Source: Tetramitus jugosus
Taxonomy: Eukaryota; Protista; Heterolobosea
Length of the DNA: 64,000 nt
Direction of reading: 5' to 3'
Assembly: GCA_937625935.1 (NCBI GenBank)
Contig: OW569357.1
Location: 310,001 to 374,000, forward strand
The notes beneath the pieces are model-generated. The model did not search any database and was not told the DNA's origin. It saw only the letters and a list, made by a program, of their open reading frames with translations. This document shows, piece after piece, positions 23,077 to 35,340 of this stretch (positions within the stretch are counted from its first letter, which is position 1; every line of letters starts with the position of its first letter). The translations under genes were made by a program, and so were the position numbers.

Positions 23077-25647
23077 ATGAATTCGACTATACAGAGAACG
23101 AATTCGATCTATGCATCTGGTGGACCTCAGAGAGATCGTACTCATCAGCAAGGAAATATGCTTGCCTCTCAACCTGTGAATCAGAACATTCTTCATCCAA
23201 TACTGACTTCTCAAACTCGAACACAAACGATAGAGAGAGATCATATTGATCTCAAGATTCCTTTGAACAGACCTCAGATACCCTTTGGCGTCCAAGGTCC
23301 AATAGAACAAACGACAGATGTCCTTTCTGCAAAAACAAAGATCGCAGAGCTTCAAAAGCAACAAGACAATCTGAGGAATATTACACACCGTTTATCTGAA
23401 GAGCTTGCTCGATATCAAGCAAAGTATCCTCCTCTCTCGAAAGAAGACCAATTAGAACTTTTACAGACAAATGTATCTCTTCCACCATGGTTATATGCGA
23501 GCGAGCAGATGAATCCTTTGCTTGTTGCCTATGATTCCCGAATAACAGAAGTCGAGAAACAAAATGCTTTGTACAAAGAAAGAATCAATGACATGACAAC
23601 CCAGATTAAGACGTTGGTGACAGAAAATGATGTTCTTAACGAGAAGCTTGCCCAGACACTCATGAATAAAGTCAAACAGGGGGAGAAGGGAATTTTAGGA
23701 GACATGATACACCTCTCGAGCAACGTTAATACAGAAGAGTGGAGAGATATGCAAGAACGGTCAAGATTGCTCGAGGAGGAGAATAGCGTGCTCTTAGAAG
23801 AAAATTCAAGTCTAAGACAAGAAGTCAGCAGAATGCGAGAGGAATCAAAGAAGGCAAATGCAAGTCATAGCGTACCGATAGTAGAAGCGGATAGAGAGAA
23901 GGTTTTGTTGAGAAATGCTCATCAAAAACTACAGGGAATGCAAATTGAGCGAGAGAATGCTCTCAAGCAGGTGCAAGTGTATCTTCAGAAGGTGAAGCAA
24001 TTACAATCACAGATGAACGGTCTCAATTCAAACTTACAGTCCTCTTCCATTAGAAACCATGAGTTAGAACAAACGATTGAAGGGTACTTGAGGCAAATCT
24101 CGAGTATGGAGAGAGAACGAGATCGGTACTTACAATTGGAGAAATCTTGTAAACGGATGGAGTTCGATCTTCAGGAATATCGTGAGCGAATTAAAATACT
24201 CGAGGGAGAATCGTATAGAATACATAGTGAGCGAGAAAAGTTATTGAGAGATATTTCAGATCAAGAGCAGAGGTTGATTAATCATCAAACAAGCGAGTTT
24301 GAAGCTCTACAAAAGCTTGAGCAGAGTGCTGAGATGATTGAAAATCTGCGAGTAGAAAAAGAAAGTTCTCGAAAGCAGAATGAGAGTCATAAACAGGAAA
24401 TAGAGAGACTAGAGAAAAAGGTTCTTAAGATGGCTGAAGAACATACTGAAAAATGTAGGCAAATTGCCATTGAAACTCACGAAAAAGATCAATATACAAT
24501 ATCTTCCCTAAGAGAAGAGATTCGTCAATTGCAGATGGAGGGTGCTCATATTAGATCTCAGATCGACCGAGCAGAACGAGAAAAAAAGAATGCTGAATCT
24601 GAAGTACTGAAAGTGATTAAAGCCGCAGAGAGTGATCATGTGGCCAATCCTCAAGTTATAGCTGATCTAAACCGTAAGATTCAACTGGCAAACAGCGAAA
24701 GAGACGAAGCAGAGAGGATGTATGAAAATCTTAGAACTTCCCAAAAAAGAACAACACTACAATGGGAGCAAGAAAGAGAACAGTTACACACCCAAATATC
24801 GGAACATTCCAAGAGAATGATGAAAATGGAGCGAGATTTACAGGAGGAGAGAGATAGTAACAAGCGACTTGTCAAAGAAATTGATGTAGTTCAAAAAGCA
24901 ATCCAAAACTTGGAGTTTGAAAAACAAGATCAAGAAAGAGCTCTAAAGGAGAAAATAACTGATCTAATAGAGACTCATAAGTTCCAGTTAAAAGACTTAA
25001 CTCGACGAGTGCAAGAATCTGATTCAAAAATTCTCCAGACGGAAAAAGACTATCAAATCATACAAATCCGGAATGAAGAACTTGAAACAAAATATAGAAA
25101 TGATTCTAAGAGAGCTCTAGAACGAGCTGAAAGAACAATTAACGACTTACACTTAGAAGTAGAGAGGTTGACGAAGCGAAACGCAGAGTTGAATGAAAAA
25201 ATGAGCATACTTGTTAAAGAACGGGCAGACCTTATCAGATACAAGGAGGATATTGAAAAGGAATATGTTCGCACTCGACATCAATTTGAAGTCACAAAGT
25301 CACGAGCTGATCAAAATGCGAACACTATTCGGTCACTATTAGACAAAGAAGCAGACCTACTTCGCGAAAGAAAAGAGCTGCATCTCCAAGTGGATCGAAA
25401 GAATATGGAGCTAGAGAGGTCTATCAGAGATCGTGATTCACTCGCTAAACGAGTGAACGACCTAAATCGTTCCAATGCATCCGCAATTTACAACATGTAT
25501 CCAATTGATAGTGAAGAGTTTGAAGACAAGGTTTTCATGGCACGTCAAGGTACTTCTCTTCCTACTCGGAGGAGGTCAAAGAGAAGCAACAGTTTGAGAG
25601 GATCCTTAGGTGGCCGTGGTCCAATCTCTTCCACCATCGATGTTTAG
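23077..25647 (+). CDS. Centriolar distal-appendage coiled-coil protein, CEP89-like
   Basis: LPPWLYASEQMNPLLVAYDSRI resembles the conserved CEP89 PPWL...PLLLAYED block. The rest is coiled coil. Confidence 0.6.
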   Translation: MNSTIQRTNSIYASGGPQRDRTHQQGNMLASQPVNQNILHPILTSQTRTQTIERDHIDLKIPLNRPQIPFGVQGPIEQTTDVLSAKTKIAELQKQQDNLRNITHRLSEELARYQAKYPPLSKEDQLELLQTNVSLPPWLYASEQMNPLLVAYDSRITEVEKQNALYKERINDMTTQIKTLVTENDVLNEKLAQTLMNKVKQGEKGILGDMIHLSSNVNTEEWRDMQERSRLLEEENSVLLEENSSLRQEVSRMREESKKANASHSVPIVEADREKVLLRNAHQKLQGMQIERENALKQVQVYLQKVKQLQSQMNGLNSNLQSSSIRNHELEQTIEGYLRQISSMERERDRYLQLEKSCKRMEFDLQEYRERIKILEGESYRIHSEREKLLRDISDQEQRLINHQTSEFEALQKLEQSAEMIENLRVEKESSRKQNESHKQEIERLEKKVLKMAEEHTEKCRQIAIETHEKDQYTISSLREEIRQLQMEGAHIRSQIDRAEREKKNAESEVLKVIKAAESDHVANPQVIADLNRKIQLANSERDEAERMYENLRTSQKRTTLQWEQEREQLHTQISEHSKRMMKMERDLQEERDSNKRLVKEIDVVQKAIQNLEFEKQDQERALKEKITDLIETHKFQLKDLTRRVQESDSKILQTEKDYQIIQIRNEELETKYRNDSKRALERAERTINDLHLEVERLTKRNAELNEKMSILVKERADLIRYKEDIEKEYVRTRHQFEVTKSRADQNANTIRSLLDKEADLLRERKELHLQVDRKNMELERSIRDRDSLAKRVNDLNRSNASAIYNMYPIDSEEFEDKVFMARQGTSLPTRRRSKRSNSLRGSLGGRGPISSTIDV

Positions 25648-25819
25648 GCGATGACGTCAACAGTTCATCTGTTTGATTGAATGAGATGAGACAAAAAAAG
25701 ATTAGGAACCAAAGTTTTTCACACAATTTTCCCTCCTCGAAATGCGCTGTAGACGCAAGAGAAACCAGAACATTTTTTCTGTCAAAGAGAACGCGACACC
25801 TTGAAAAACAACACAAAAA

Positions 25820-26491
25820 ATGTTTGCAGACTTTACTGACCCACTATTCATCAAGACTGCTGTTGTCATTGCACTGACACCAATCATCTGGAACATTTTG
25901 GCCAGAGCTGAATACTACACTCACTTCCTCACCAAGCTTGCAGGTGGTAACAAGTACTATGGATGCTATGCTCTCGCAACTTACATTTTCTGCTTTAGTG
26001 CATTCCGTGATCACTTGTTCAATCAAACGATTAAGACACAAGAACCATGGTCCCTGTTGGTTTCATTGAGTCCATTCACTCATCTTTTGGCATATGCTTT
26101 GATGGCTGCTGGTGGTGTTTTTGTTGTGAGCAGCATGTGGGCATTGGGTGTTACTGGTACCTACTTGGGCGATTATTTTGGCATTTTGATGGACGCTCCA
26201 GTTACAAGCTTCCCATTCAATGTGTTGAATGATCCAATGTACGATGGTGCAACAATGCTCTTCTTGGGTCAAGCTCTGCTGCAAAACTCTGGTGCTGGTG
26301 TTGTCTTGTCTCTCTGGGTCTTTGTTTGCTATAGAATTGCAGTCATCTATGAAGGTTCCTTCACCAGCAAGATTTATGCTGAGAAGAACAAGAATGCCGC
26401 CTCCTCCTCATCGGCATCAGTCTCTGCTAGTGGCAACAACGCTTCCGCTGAACAAAAAACTTTGAAGAAGAAGTCCAAGAAGCTTGATTAA
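25820..26491 (+). CDS. OPI3: Phospholipid N-methyltransferase (Opi3/PEMT)
   Basis: PIIWNILARAEY, ALGVTGTYLGDYFGILM, FPFNVLNDPMYDG, YEGSFTSKIY. C-terminal KKLD ER-retrieval signal. Confidence 0.93.
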   Translation: MFADFTDPLFIKTAVVIALTPIIWNILARAEYYTHFLTKLAGGNKYYGCYALATYIFCFSAFRDHLFNQTIKTQEPWSLLVSLSPFTHLLAYALMAAGGVFVVSSMWALGVTGTYLGDYFGILMDAPVTSFPFNVLNDPMYDGATMLFLGQALLQNSGAGVVLSLWVFVCYRIAVIYEGSFTSKIYAEKNKNAASSSSASVSASGNNASAEQKTLKKKSKKLD

Positions 26492-26792
26492 TATCTCTGA
26501 GCTTTTCTGGCACCAAAATAAAATAATGTTGAATCTATAAAACGCAAAGTCGCATCTGCGACATGAAGGTATGTGACACGAGAGGAAGTTACTGATGTGA
26601 ATAATAATGCTCGTTATCCTCTGGCATTGATTACAGTGGTTTTCCTTTGAACTCTGATTGTGTCCGGTCCAGCCTGCAACCTGAACTTGCAAGTTCAAAA
26701 AACGCGGTTGATCTCAAAAAAGAAACACTGAAAAAAAAAACAAAGTTCAATCACCACCCAATTTTATTTCATCACAATATCTCATCGTCACA

Positions 26793-29700
26793 ATGAGCGA
26801 ACCCCTATTCAACACAAACCGTAACTCTAACTCCCGCTTCAGTAATCCCTTCAAAACACAAAGTATGTCTCTTCACTCCTATTGTGTCCACTGTTTCATC
26901 ACTTTTTGAACGACAAAAAAAAAGTGATGATGACGGTTGCAATTGGTTGTTCTATTTTCAAACAACAAAAATTTGTCTCACACATCATTATCTTCTTGTT
27001 GATATTGACCTATCCATTAAATACAAAATTATATATGTATATATATATGATAATGATGATGATGATTACTATTGATCAAAATGAAAAAAAAAGATGTGAA
27101 CAACAGAGGAATGATTACAGTGAAGCGTTCTCGATCCTCACTCGTCAGCTCAAGCACCAGCAGTGGTGCAGTACCTCAACCGATTAATCTACCAAGTGAG
27201 ACATTGACTCATTTGTCACTCGATTCATCATCATCATCATCATCCTCCCATAACAATAACAACAACAACAATAGTAACAATGCAAGTGATCAATCGAACC
27301 AACAACAACAACAACAACAACAACAACAGAACAATACAGCAACAACATTATCTGAACAAGCTTTGAATTCACAAAAGACAACAACCAATACATCATCATC
27401 AACCTCATCAAATCAAGACAATTCTTCCAATGCGTGGAGCAGTGGCAAAAGTACACTTGCTGAAGTGCTCGGTGGTGGAAAACCGACTCCAACATCAGGC
27501 AACAAGACTTCTGCTGCTGCTGCTGCTGCTGCCTCAAGTGCTGCTGCAACTGCTGCTGTTAGGAGATCTGATTCGTTGTTGAATGAAGAAATGTTTCCAG
27601 AGTTGGCAAATGAGAAGGAATTGGCCAGTATGTGTTCATATTATGAGTTGTTGTTCTCTCTGTTTTTTTTCCCCGTACTCACATGTGTATCATCATGGAC
27701 AAACAATCTCACACCACAATCTTCATTGTTTATTGATGCCCATTGAATCAATATTTTTTTTCTACATTTCACAATTGTAGAGCAAAAGAAGCGCAAAATG
27801 CAACAACAACAACAACAGCAAACTGTGAAGAAATCGATCACTGATCTCTCCAAACAATCACCACCACCACAGCAGCAGCAACAACAACCACCACAGCAAC
27901 CACAACGACAACATCAAGAAAATGCATGGTCATCCATGCTCGACGACTCTGATGAAGAAGATCATGTTTTCTATGATCCAGAATTGGAAGACATGATCAA
28001 GCGAGAACAACAAAAACAAACACAGACGAACGCACTCTCCAAACAACCGCCAGTACAACAACAATCGAATGTCGTTGAAACGGCACCAAAAAAATCACAA
28101 CCAGTGATAAACGAATGGGAAGAACAAGCGAAGAAGATTACGATTATGAAGAAACCTACAGCACTGGACAACAATGGTGTGGTTACGATTGTGGCTGCTC
28201 CGACTGCCACGTCGACGATCATGACAGATAAGGCTGGAGTTCCACCACGTGCTACAGCGACGACTCAAGCCCGTACTACAAGTGAAAGTAACAACAACAA
28301 TAATAATAGTGGTGCGATAGTGATTGAGAAGGAGCCGTCATCTGTTTCTGCCAACAAGAGAGAATCTCCTGTTGCTGCTACTGCCACTCCTACTACTGCT
28401 GCTAGCACTGTTGCGCCTGCTACTGCTACTGTATCAACAACAGCTACAGTTGCAGCTACTACTACTGTGCCAACAACAACAACAGCAAGTAGTGCACGTG
28501 CAGTGTTGGATATCGAGTCAGTGGAGAGACAAAAGGAAGACATGGAAAAGTTGGCAGAACAGGCCAGAGAGAAGAAGCGATTCGAAGAGGAGCGTCTCTT
28601 GGAAGAGCAAAAGCTGAGAGCTCAAGAGAGACTGAGAGTGTTGGAGGATAAGATTAAGAAGCGCGAGGAAGAAGCGAGAAGAAAGAAGGAGTTGGAGGAG
28701 GAGCAGAAGAGAAAGGCCCTCGAAGAGGAAGAGTTGCTCAAGAAGAAGCAAAGAGAACAACAACAGCGAGAGCGACAACAGCAAGCACTATTGAATGATG
28801 GTGTAGCTGGTGCAGTTGCTGTTGTTACAGAGGGAGCTGATGTTCAACCTGAAATACCACTTAGCGCCACAACAACGACTCGCAAGAGCAAGAATGTCAA
28901 GAGCTTTTTTGTTCCATCGGGCGAGGATTTGACCGAAGTGGGCGAATGGAAACGAAAGAGTAAGACAGACAGGAAACCAACCAGAGTGGAGGACTCTGAT
29001 TCATTGTCGTCTGAATCAACTAGGAGAAAGAGTCAAACCACGAGAAAACGCAACGACCGTTCGGTCGATGGTGAAACCAAGGAGACATCGAGCCATCCAT
29101 CAACAGACAACAGCTCAACCACAGGTAAACGATATTCCAAGATGGAGCAAACAAAGTGGGAAGACAATTGGAGAGGATCCAAGTCAAAAAAGTTTGATGA
29201 TGCAATCAAGTCGCAACCAAAGACAATCCCTGGCAGTTCATCAGAGACTACATCTGTTGAGCCAGCCTCAACACGAGAGGGAGTGGATACCCCTGTTGCC
29301 TCACGCATCGACGCTGAAGAAACCGTACAGTCCCATTCATTGCAAGATAAGCCTGCAAACACTCTCGATGTGACCGAACTTAAAAACTTCAAGGGTTCAT
29401 CCGTGCCCAAAATTTCTTTTGGTTCACTGGACAATGAAGGACTGGAGCTGGAAGAGGACGATGGAATGGATGCTCATGGCATTACAGATCAACACCTGAT
29501 CGAAACCAACGAAGAAGGTTTTATACCAGTTCATCAACCAGCCAATCCATCGTTCCCACATAATCCTCCTATGCTAGTCCCAGGTTATCCTTATTATGGC
29601 TACAATTCATATGGACAGTACGTACTGATCAATCCAATGATTCCACCGTATCCAATTCCTGCACCACACGGTGTTTATGGTGGTACGACTGATCTTCACA

Positions 29701-30227
29701 GTACTCAGTATGCGAGACATGGCAAACATCACGATAATACAAGAGGCAGACACGGCGAGCACGAGGATAGGAGACCAAGACATAACAAACACGGTAAACA
29801 AAATGACCGTAGAAAGAAGTCTGAAGAGCACGAGACCTCACATGACGCATCCGCCTTAAGGAAGGAAGATCAACCAACTACCAGCACTGAGGATATTGTT
29901 CAAGACAATTCACAACCAAGAGGACATTACAGTGCCAGAGGTAGTGCTCGTGGAGGTGCCCGTGGCCGTGGTAGAGGTGGAAGAGGACGTGGTAGAGTTA
30001 CATATGTGCCTCAAAATCCGGATGAATCTGCATCACCTGCACCAGCTAAGATCGATACCACTCGATCTACGGACGAGGCCAAACCAATCACCAGTGAACC
30101 AGTTCAAAGAGACGATAACAGATATAGGAACACAAAGGCAACTCCAACTGGTTCCAAGCCCTCCACTAGAACTGTCAAACGTTTTGTCAAACTAACAACT
30201 GAAGATGTTGACAATAAGAATAAATAA
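26793..30227 (+). CDS. PRRC2/BAT2-like disordered RNA-associated protein (introns 26863-27093 and 27628-27780)
   Basis: Two GTATGT introns join the ORFs in frame. VPQPINLPSE and EEMFPEL resemble BAT2_N motifs. Central coiled coil EQKLRAQERLRVLEDKI and C-terminal RGG repeats. Confidence 0.6.
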
Positions 30228-30249
30228 TATTGTGTATTAGGACCACATA

Positions 30250-33200
30250 TTACTGTTTGCCCTCATATTGCTTTAGTTTCTCTTTGGCCAAGAAGTATTG
30301 ATACTTAAGGTTTTCAATCTCCTCAAAAAATCCATCGTCCAGCTCACTAAGCTCTTCTTCAAGCTTACTCTTCTCTTCCTGAAGCTTTTGTTTCTCTTTC
30401 AACATCTTCTCGTTTTCTGCGTGGAGCTGTTGTACTCGTTGCTCAAGGCTTGCCTGGATTTTCTCGAACTCTATTCTTGTTTCTTCTAATTCCTCTTCGT
30501 TGTCATGGAGTTGATTCTTGAGAATGCCAATCTCTTCCTTGTACTTTTTCGTTTCTTTCAGTAGTTTTGCTACCCTGACTGATTCTTCTGTTTTGATAGC
30601 GGTAGCCGTAGTCAATTCTTGCATTTCCATTTGTAAGAAATCCAGTTTCTTGGTCAATACAGCATTTTCATCTTTAAGTTCTTGTATCTTCCGTTCTTGT
30701 TTCTCACATTCTTCTCTGAGCTTTTTGTTCTGTTCAGTCATCTGATGATTGTTACTCAGCATTTTGGCAAGTTTGGATTCAGTTTCGCCATCGGTATTCT
30801 TTTTCGTTGAGATATCACTTTCGAGAGCCTCCAATCTCTTTTGGAGTGTGCGTTTTTCTTTTACAATTTCCATGAATTTTACATTGCTTACAGATTGCTT
30901 GAGAATCACTGCATTTTCTTTCTGCAGATTCTCTGCAACTGTTTTTAATGATTCAATGACATCCTCTAATTCTTTTCGCTTTGTTTCATTGTTCTTTTCA
31001 ATATTTTCAATTCTCTTCTTCAATTTTGCTTCATGATCTGTAAATCTTGCGATTTGTTGCACATTCAGACCATTGTCTATCGGAGGGGGAGGTTTTTGGG
31101 CTTTCAACTTGGAAATAGTGTCATTCAATATTCTAATTTCAGTTTGTAGTTTGGAAATTTCCTCCACTTGTTTTGCATTGGTGTTGGACAATGCCTTTAT
31201 CTTCTCTAGCTGGTTTTTTACTTCGCCTCTCAGTCTTTCAATTTCCTGTTGCAGTGGGCTATAGGTCTGATTAGATGAAGTACCAGTCGATACCCGACTC
31301 TCTTGGATTTGTTCAATTCTGCGTTTAAGTTCATTGTACTTCATCCTTTCTTCACTTAATTCCTTCATCAATCTTTCGTTCTCTCTACGAGTAAAGCTGT
31401 TGCTATTCATCTCCAAAATTTTGTTTCTCTTTTCTAGTTCCTCTATTCGAGACTGGGTGCGCAGAGAGTTACCGCTAGAGTCTCTCTTAAAGGCATTCAA
31501 CTCTTTCAAAAGTAGTTCTTTTGTATTATTGAGTCTTTTAACTGTCGAGAATTGTTTCTCAAGAACTTTTTGTTTTGCTTCCAGCTCCTTTCTCATTTCC
31601 TCAATTTGTGATCGTAAATCTTGTTCGCGATCAGGAGCCTTCTTTAACTTTAGTGCTTCATTCTCTTCCTTTAACTTTGTCATTTCTTCTCTTAATTTCT
31701 CGGTACGGTTCTCCACAATTTTGTTCACACGAGCGTCAAATTCCGAAGCATCTCGTTTTTGTCGTACGACAAGAGTTGATTCTGATTGTATGAGACTTTC
31801 AGTTAGTTTCTTAACTGCTTCTTCCAATTGAATGTTCTGATTTTTCAAGTCAACCAATTCTTGCTGAGTTTTCTTGTTCTCTGTCTTTGGGACATGCTTT
31901 CTCTCTCGTAGAGATTGAGTCAGTGTGAGCTTTTCTTTCATTAATGTTTGTCTCTCCTTCTCGAATAATTGCCTTTCATCTATCAATGCCTTGGATAAAA
32001 CATTCACTTTGTGTTTCGTTTGCTCAACTTCTGATTCATATCGTTCTTCTAATGTTGAGATTTTCTCCCGATATTCTTGCAACAATAATTCTTTTTGTTT
32101 AAGTTCTTCTCCGATTTGTTGTCTTACTAAAATATGTTCTTGAATCTCTTTTGCCTTCTCAACAAACATTTCATCAACTTGGGAGATAGGAATTCCAGTT
32201 GAATCAACAATCTCTGGAGTCGAAAGTTCGATTCGATTGAGCATATCTTTAAAATGATTCACCACATTGTCATCCTTGGATTGTAATTTCAGTTGAAGTT
32301 TCATAATCTCCTCATTACATTGACTCTTACATTCGGTTATTTGATTCCTTAGTTCTTCTAGTTGGTTCTCGTACCTTGCAATCGCGATATCTTTTTGTCT
32401 AATAAGTTCTTCGAAGGTCTTTATCACGTTCTTGACAGCATCGGGAAAATGCGATTCTTCAATAGGGCCAGGCTTTTGAGAACCGATCGTTGGTTGTTGG
32501 AGATAGAGCTGTAATTCCGCTATCTGTGCATCTTTTATCTGGATATCATTCTGTAGATCTTTCATACTTTCCAGTTTTTCATTCAGTCTTCGGACTTCCT
32601 CATCTCGTTTAATAACTTTCTTTTGCATGATGGCCTCCTTTTCCATCATATCCGCAATTTGAAGATGCAGAGTTCTCAGCTCTGCTTCTAGATCCTCAAT
32701 GTTTACATCCCTTTCATGGATAGGTCTGTATTTTTTCGGAACTAGCTCTTCATTCGTATTCTCAGATATTTTTGTTAACATGTCGTCCCGTATTTTATCT
32801 GCTTCCAAAATGCGTTCTTCGAGTTTTGTAATTGTATCAGTTTTCAGAGCCAACTCTAGCTGATGATGCTCTAGCTCCTCTCTCCTTTGTTCGAGTTCGT
32901 TTCTCGTCCATATCAACTCTTTGTGCAATATTTCAAGTTTATCAGCAGTGTCTTTTAGTTCTTTCAAACACTCCACTAACTTGTCTTCTATCACATGTTC
33001 TCTTTCGTGTGCTTCGTTGATGATGTCTGTTTTGAGTTTTTCCATTAATTGTTTATAACTCTCATAATGCTGTTTATAGTTTTGATGATGGTTGTCTAGT
33101 TGTCCTAGCGATACTTCTTTTCCATGTAGTTCTTGAGATAGATCGTCAACTTTTCTTCGAAGTGTATTATTCTCATTTGTTAAAGAACCAACTCGATTGT

Positions 33201-35120
33201 TCAATTCCGCTAGTTGTTCTTCTAATTCTTGCCTCTGTTCTTCATACTTCCCCACTTTTTCTATTAACTCATTCTTTAGATTTTCTATGTCTAGAATGTC
33301 GGTGTTTTTTAAGAGCACATTTAAATTCTCTATCTCTTCTCTGAGTTGGAGAATTTCTTGATTCTTCTCTTGGTTATCATCTTCTAAAGCATATATTTGA
33401 TCCAAATATTGCTGAATCATCCTTCTCATATCTTCTAAAGTTGTTAGTTGATCTCTTAGACCAGCTATCTGTCTCAATAGATCCTCGTTCTCTAGTTTCA
33501 ATTTTTCTAACTCTTTCAGTAATTCAGATTCTCTCAACTTTCTAAAGCTAGCCACATCAATATTTACATTAATTCCCATCTCTTTCAAAGCTTCAAGCTT
33601 ATCCAACAGTTCATTTAGTTTTCTTCTTAGTTCTTGCTCCTGTTTCTTGTATTCCACTATCTGAATATTTCGAATTTCAAGTTGTTCTCTCAAATACCGA
33701 ATTTCTTTCTGTGCTTCGACTAGTCCATCTACTCCATCCTCATATCCTTTTAATTTAGATGTTAATGTTAAAATTTCAGCATCCTTCTTGGTAATTATTT
33801 GTTGATAACTTTCTATCTCTTCTTTCATATCGTCAAAGTTTTGTTGATTCTTTCTTATCGTTGACTTTAATCTCTGATTCTCTTTCATTACATCCTCTAA
33901 ATCATTTGCATCTAACTGACTGGACGTTGTTCCTGTCTCTGGCTCGGCTATGGTTCTTTGAGTGAGATCAATCGGACTTGTTTCAATCTTTGATAGTTCG
34001 ATGATCCTAGTCTCTTGGATCTGATTCTTTTCCTTCAATTCTCGAATTTCAGCAATTAATTCCTCTTCAGTGACTCTAAAATTTTCTGTTTGTTGTTCTA
34101 GTTCGGTTATTCGCTGCTCTGACTCTTTAGTAATTTTGTCTATATCCTCCATATGGGTTTCTTTCAAATCTATGTATTGACTTTTATATTCCTCTGCTAC
34201 TTGCTTACATTGAGAAAGCTCTTCATAACTTCTTTCTAACCTCGATTCGAGATCGGGAATCATCTTGTTTTTCTGCTCAAGAGTAAGAATCGATTGTAGA
34301 AGATCCTCTCGCATCGCGTCTGATTCTTGATTGATCATGTTCAACTTCTGAGTTAGTGCATCAATTTCTTGATTCTTAGATTCCAATTCTAGCTTCAGAT
34401 TTCTATTCCTCTCATGATAGCCCCGCAACTCTGAAATGATATCTTCTCGCTCATCCTCAAACTCTTGTTGATTTAAACTTGTTTTCTCCTTGTTTGACTC
34501 AAGGGAACTCATTAATTGAGAAAGTTTTTTTGATATGGAGTCATTTTCTCGCTCCACTATCCGTACTCGCTCGTTCTTTTCGGTCAATGTTTTCTTAAGT
34601 TCAGCGATTTGTCTTTTATACTCGTCTGCCTCCTGTTTAGAGTCCTTTTGCAGATCTTTCATTTCTTCTTTCATCAGATTAACATCACGTTCATACTTTT
34701 CATTTTCTAAGTAGAACCGATCAGCATCATCCGAGTTCCTTTGATTGGCCTGATAAAAGTATCTACAACCGAATTTGCAGAGTTCTGTCAGCTAGAGTAT
34801 ACAAATGATAAAGATTGTTGGTATCGCATCAATACATACTCTAGTAGTAACTGACATGATTCAAACAAATGAACCATTTTCTCTACTCCATCCTTCATCT
34901 TCCCAATCACTCTTGGATGAGCAAACAATTTGGAGACATTCTTCGTTGCTTCCATCATGAACTCTTCTTCTACGTTGGGAGCATCACTACTATTGTGCTG
35001 GTCTGGATGGATAATGTTCTGTAAGCTCAAATGGAGCTTGTCGATCATTTCCCACCGAGTAGCTACATCAATGTTTTTGGCTGCTGGCCGAAACTCGAAT
35101 TCAACCTCGTCATCGTCCAT
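30250..35120 (-). CDS. CEP290: CEP290-like transition-zone coiled-coil protein (intron 34802-34750)
   Basis: C-terminal ELSELDDGFFEEIENLKYQY matches the CEP290 FDPSFFEEIEDLKYNY motif, and YEDGVDGLVEA is also typical. A 53-nt GTATAC...TCAG intron joins the 110-aa ORF in frame. Confidence 0.8.
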
Positions 35121-35340
35121 TTCCTCACGAATGCAATCAAGTTACAGATTGTATTCTCTTCTAATTTGATGACGTCTGGAACTAACTCTGCGATCTATCT
35201 TCTTCTTTCGAAGTTTCCCTGTAGATTTCAACAAAATCCACACATTTCCGCCCGAAACTGAGCGGAGATTCTTTTAGAAAGAGAAGAAAATCGGTCCACA
35301 AAAAACGAGCTTGCGATCATCAAACACCCCATCCCCAGAA

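Noticed and set aside
27225-27335. (CAA)n and (TCA)n arrays as CRISPR or satellite repeats
   Set aside because: Simple trinucleotide tracts encoding poly-Q/N/S; no repeat-spacer structure.
34750-34802. Possible U12-type intron in CEP290 (GTATAC donor)
   Set aside because: Does not match RTATCCTT and has no TCCTTAAC branch; treated as a U2 variant.
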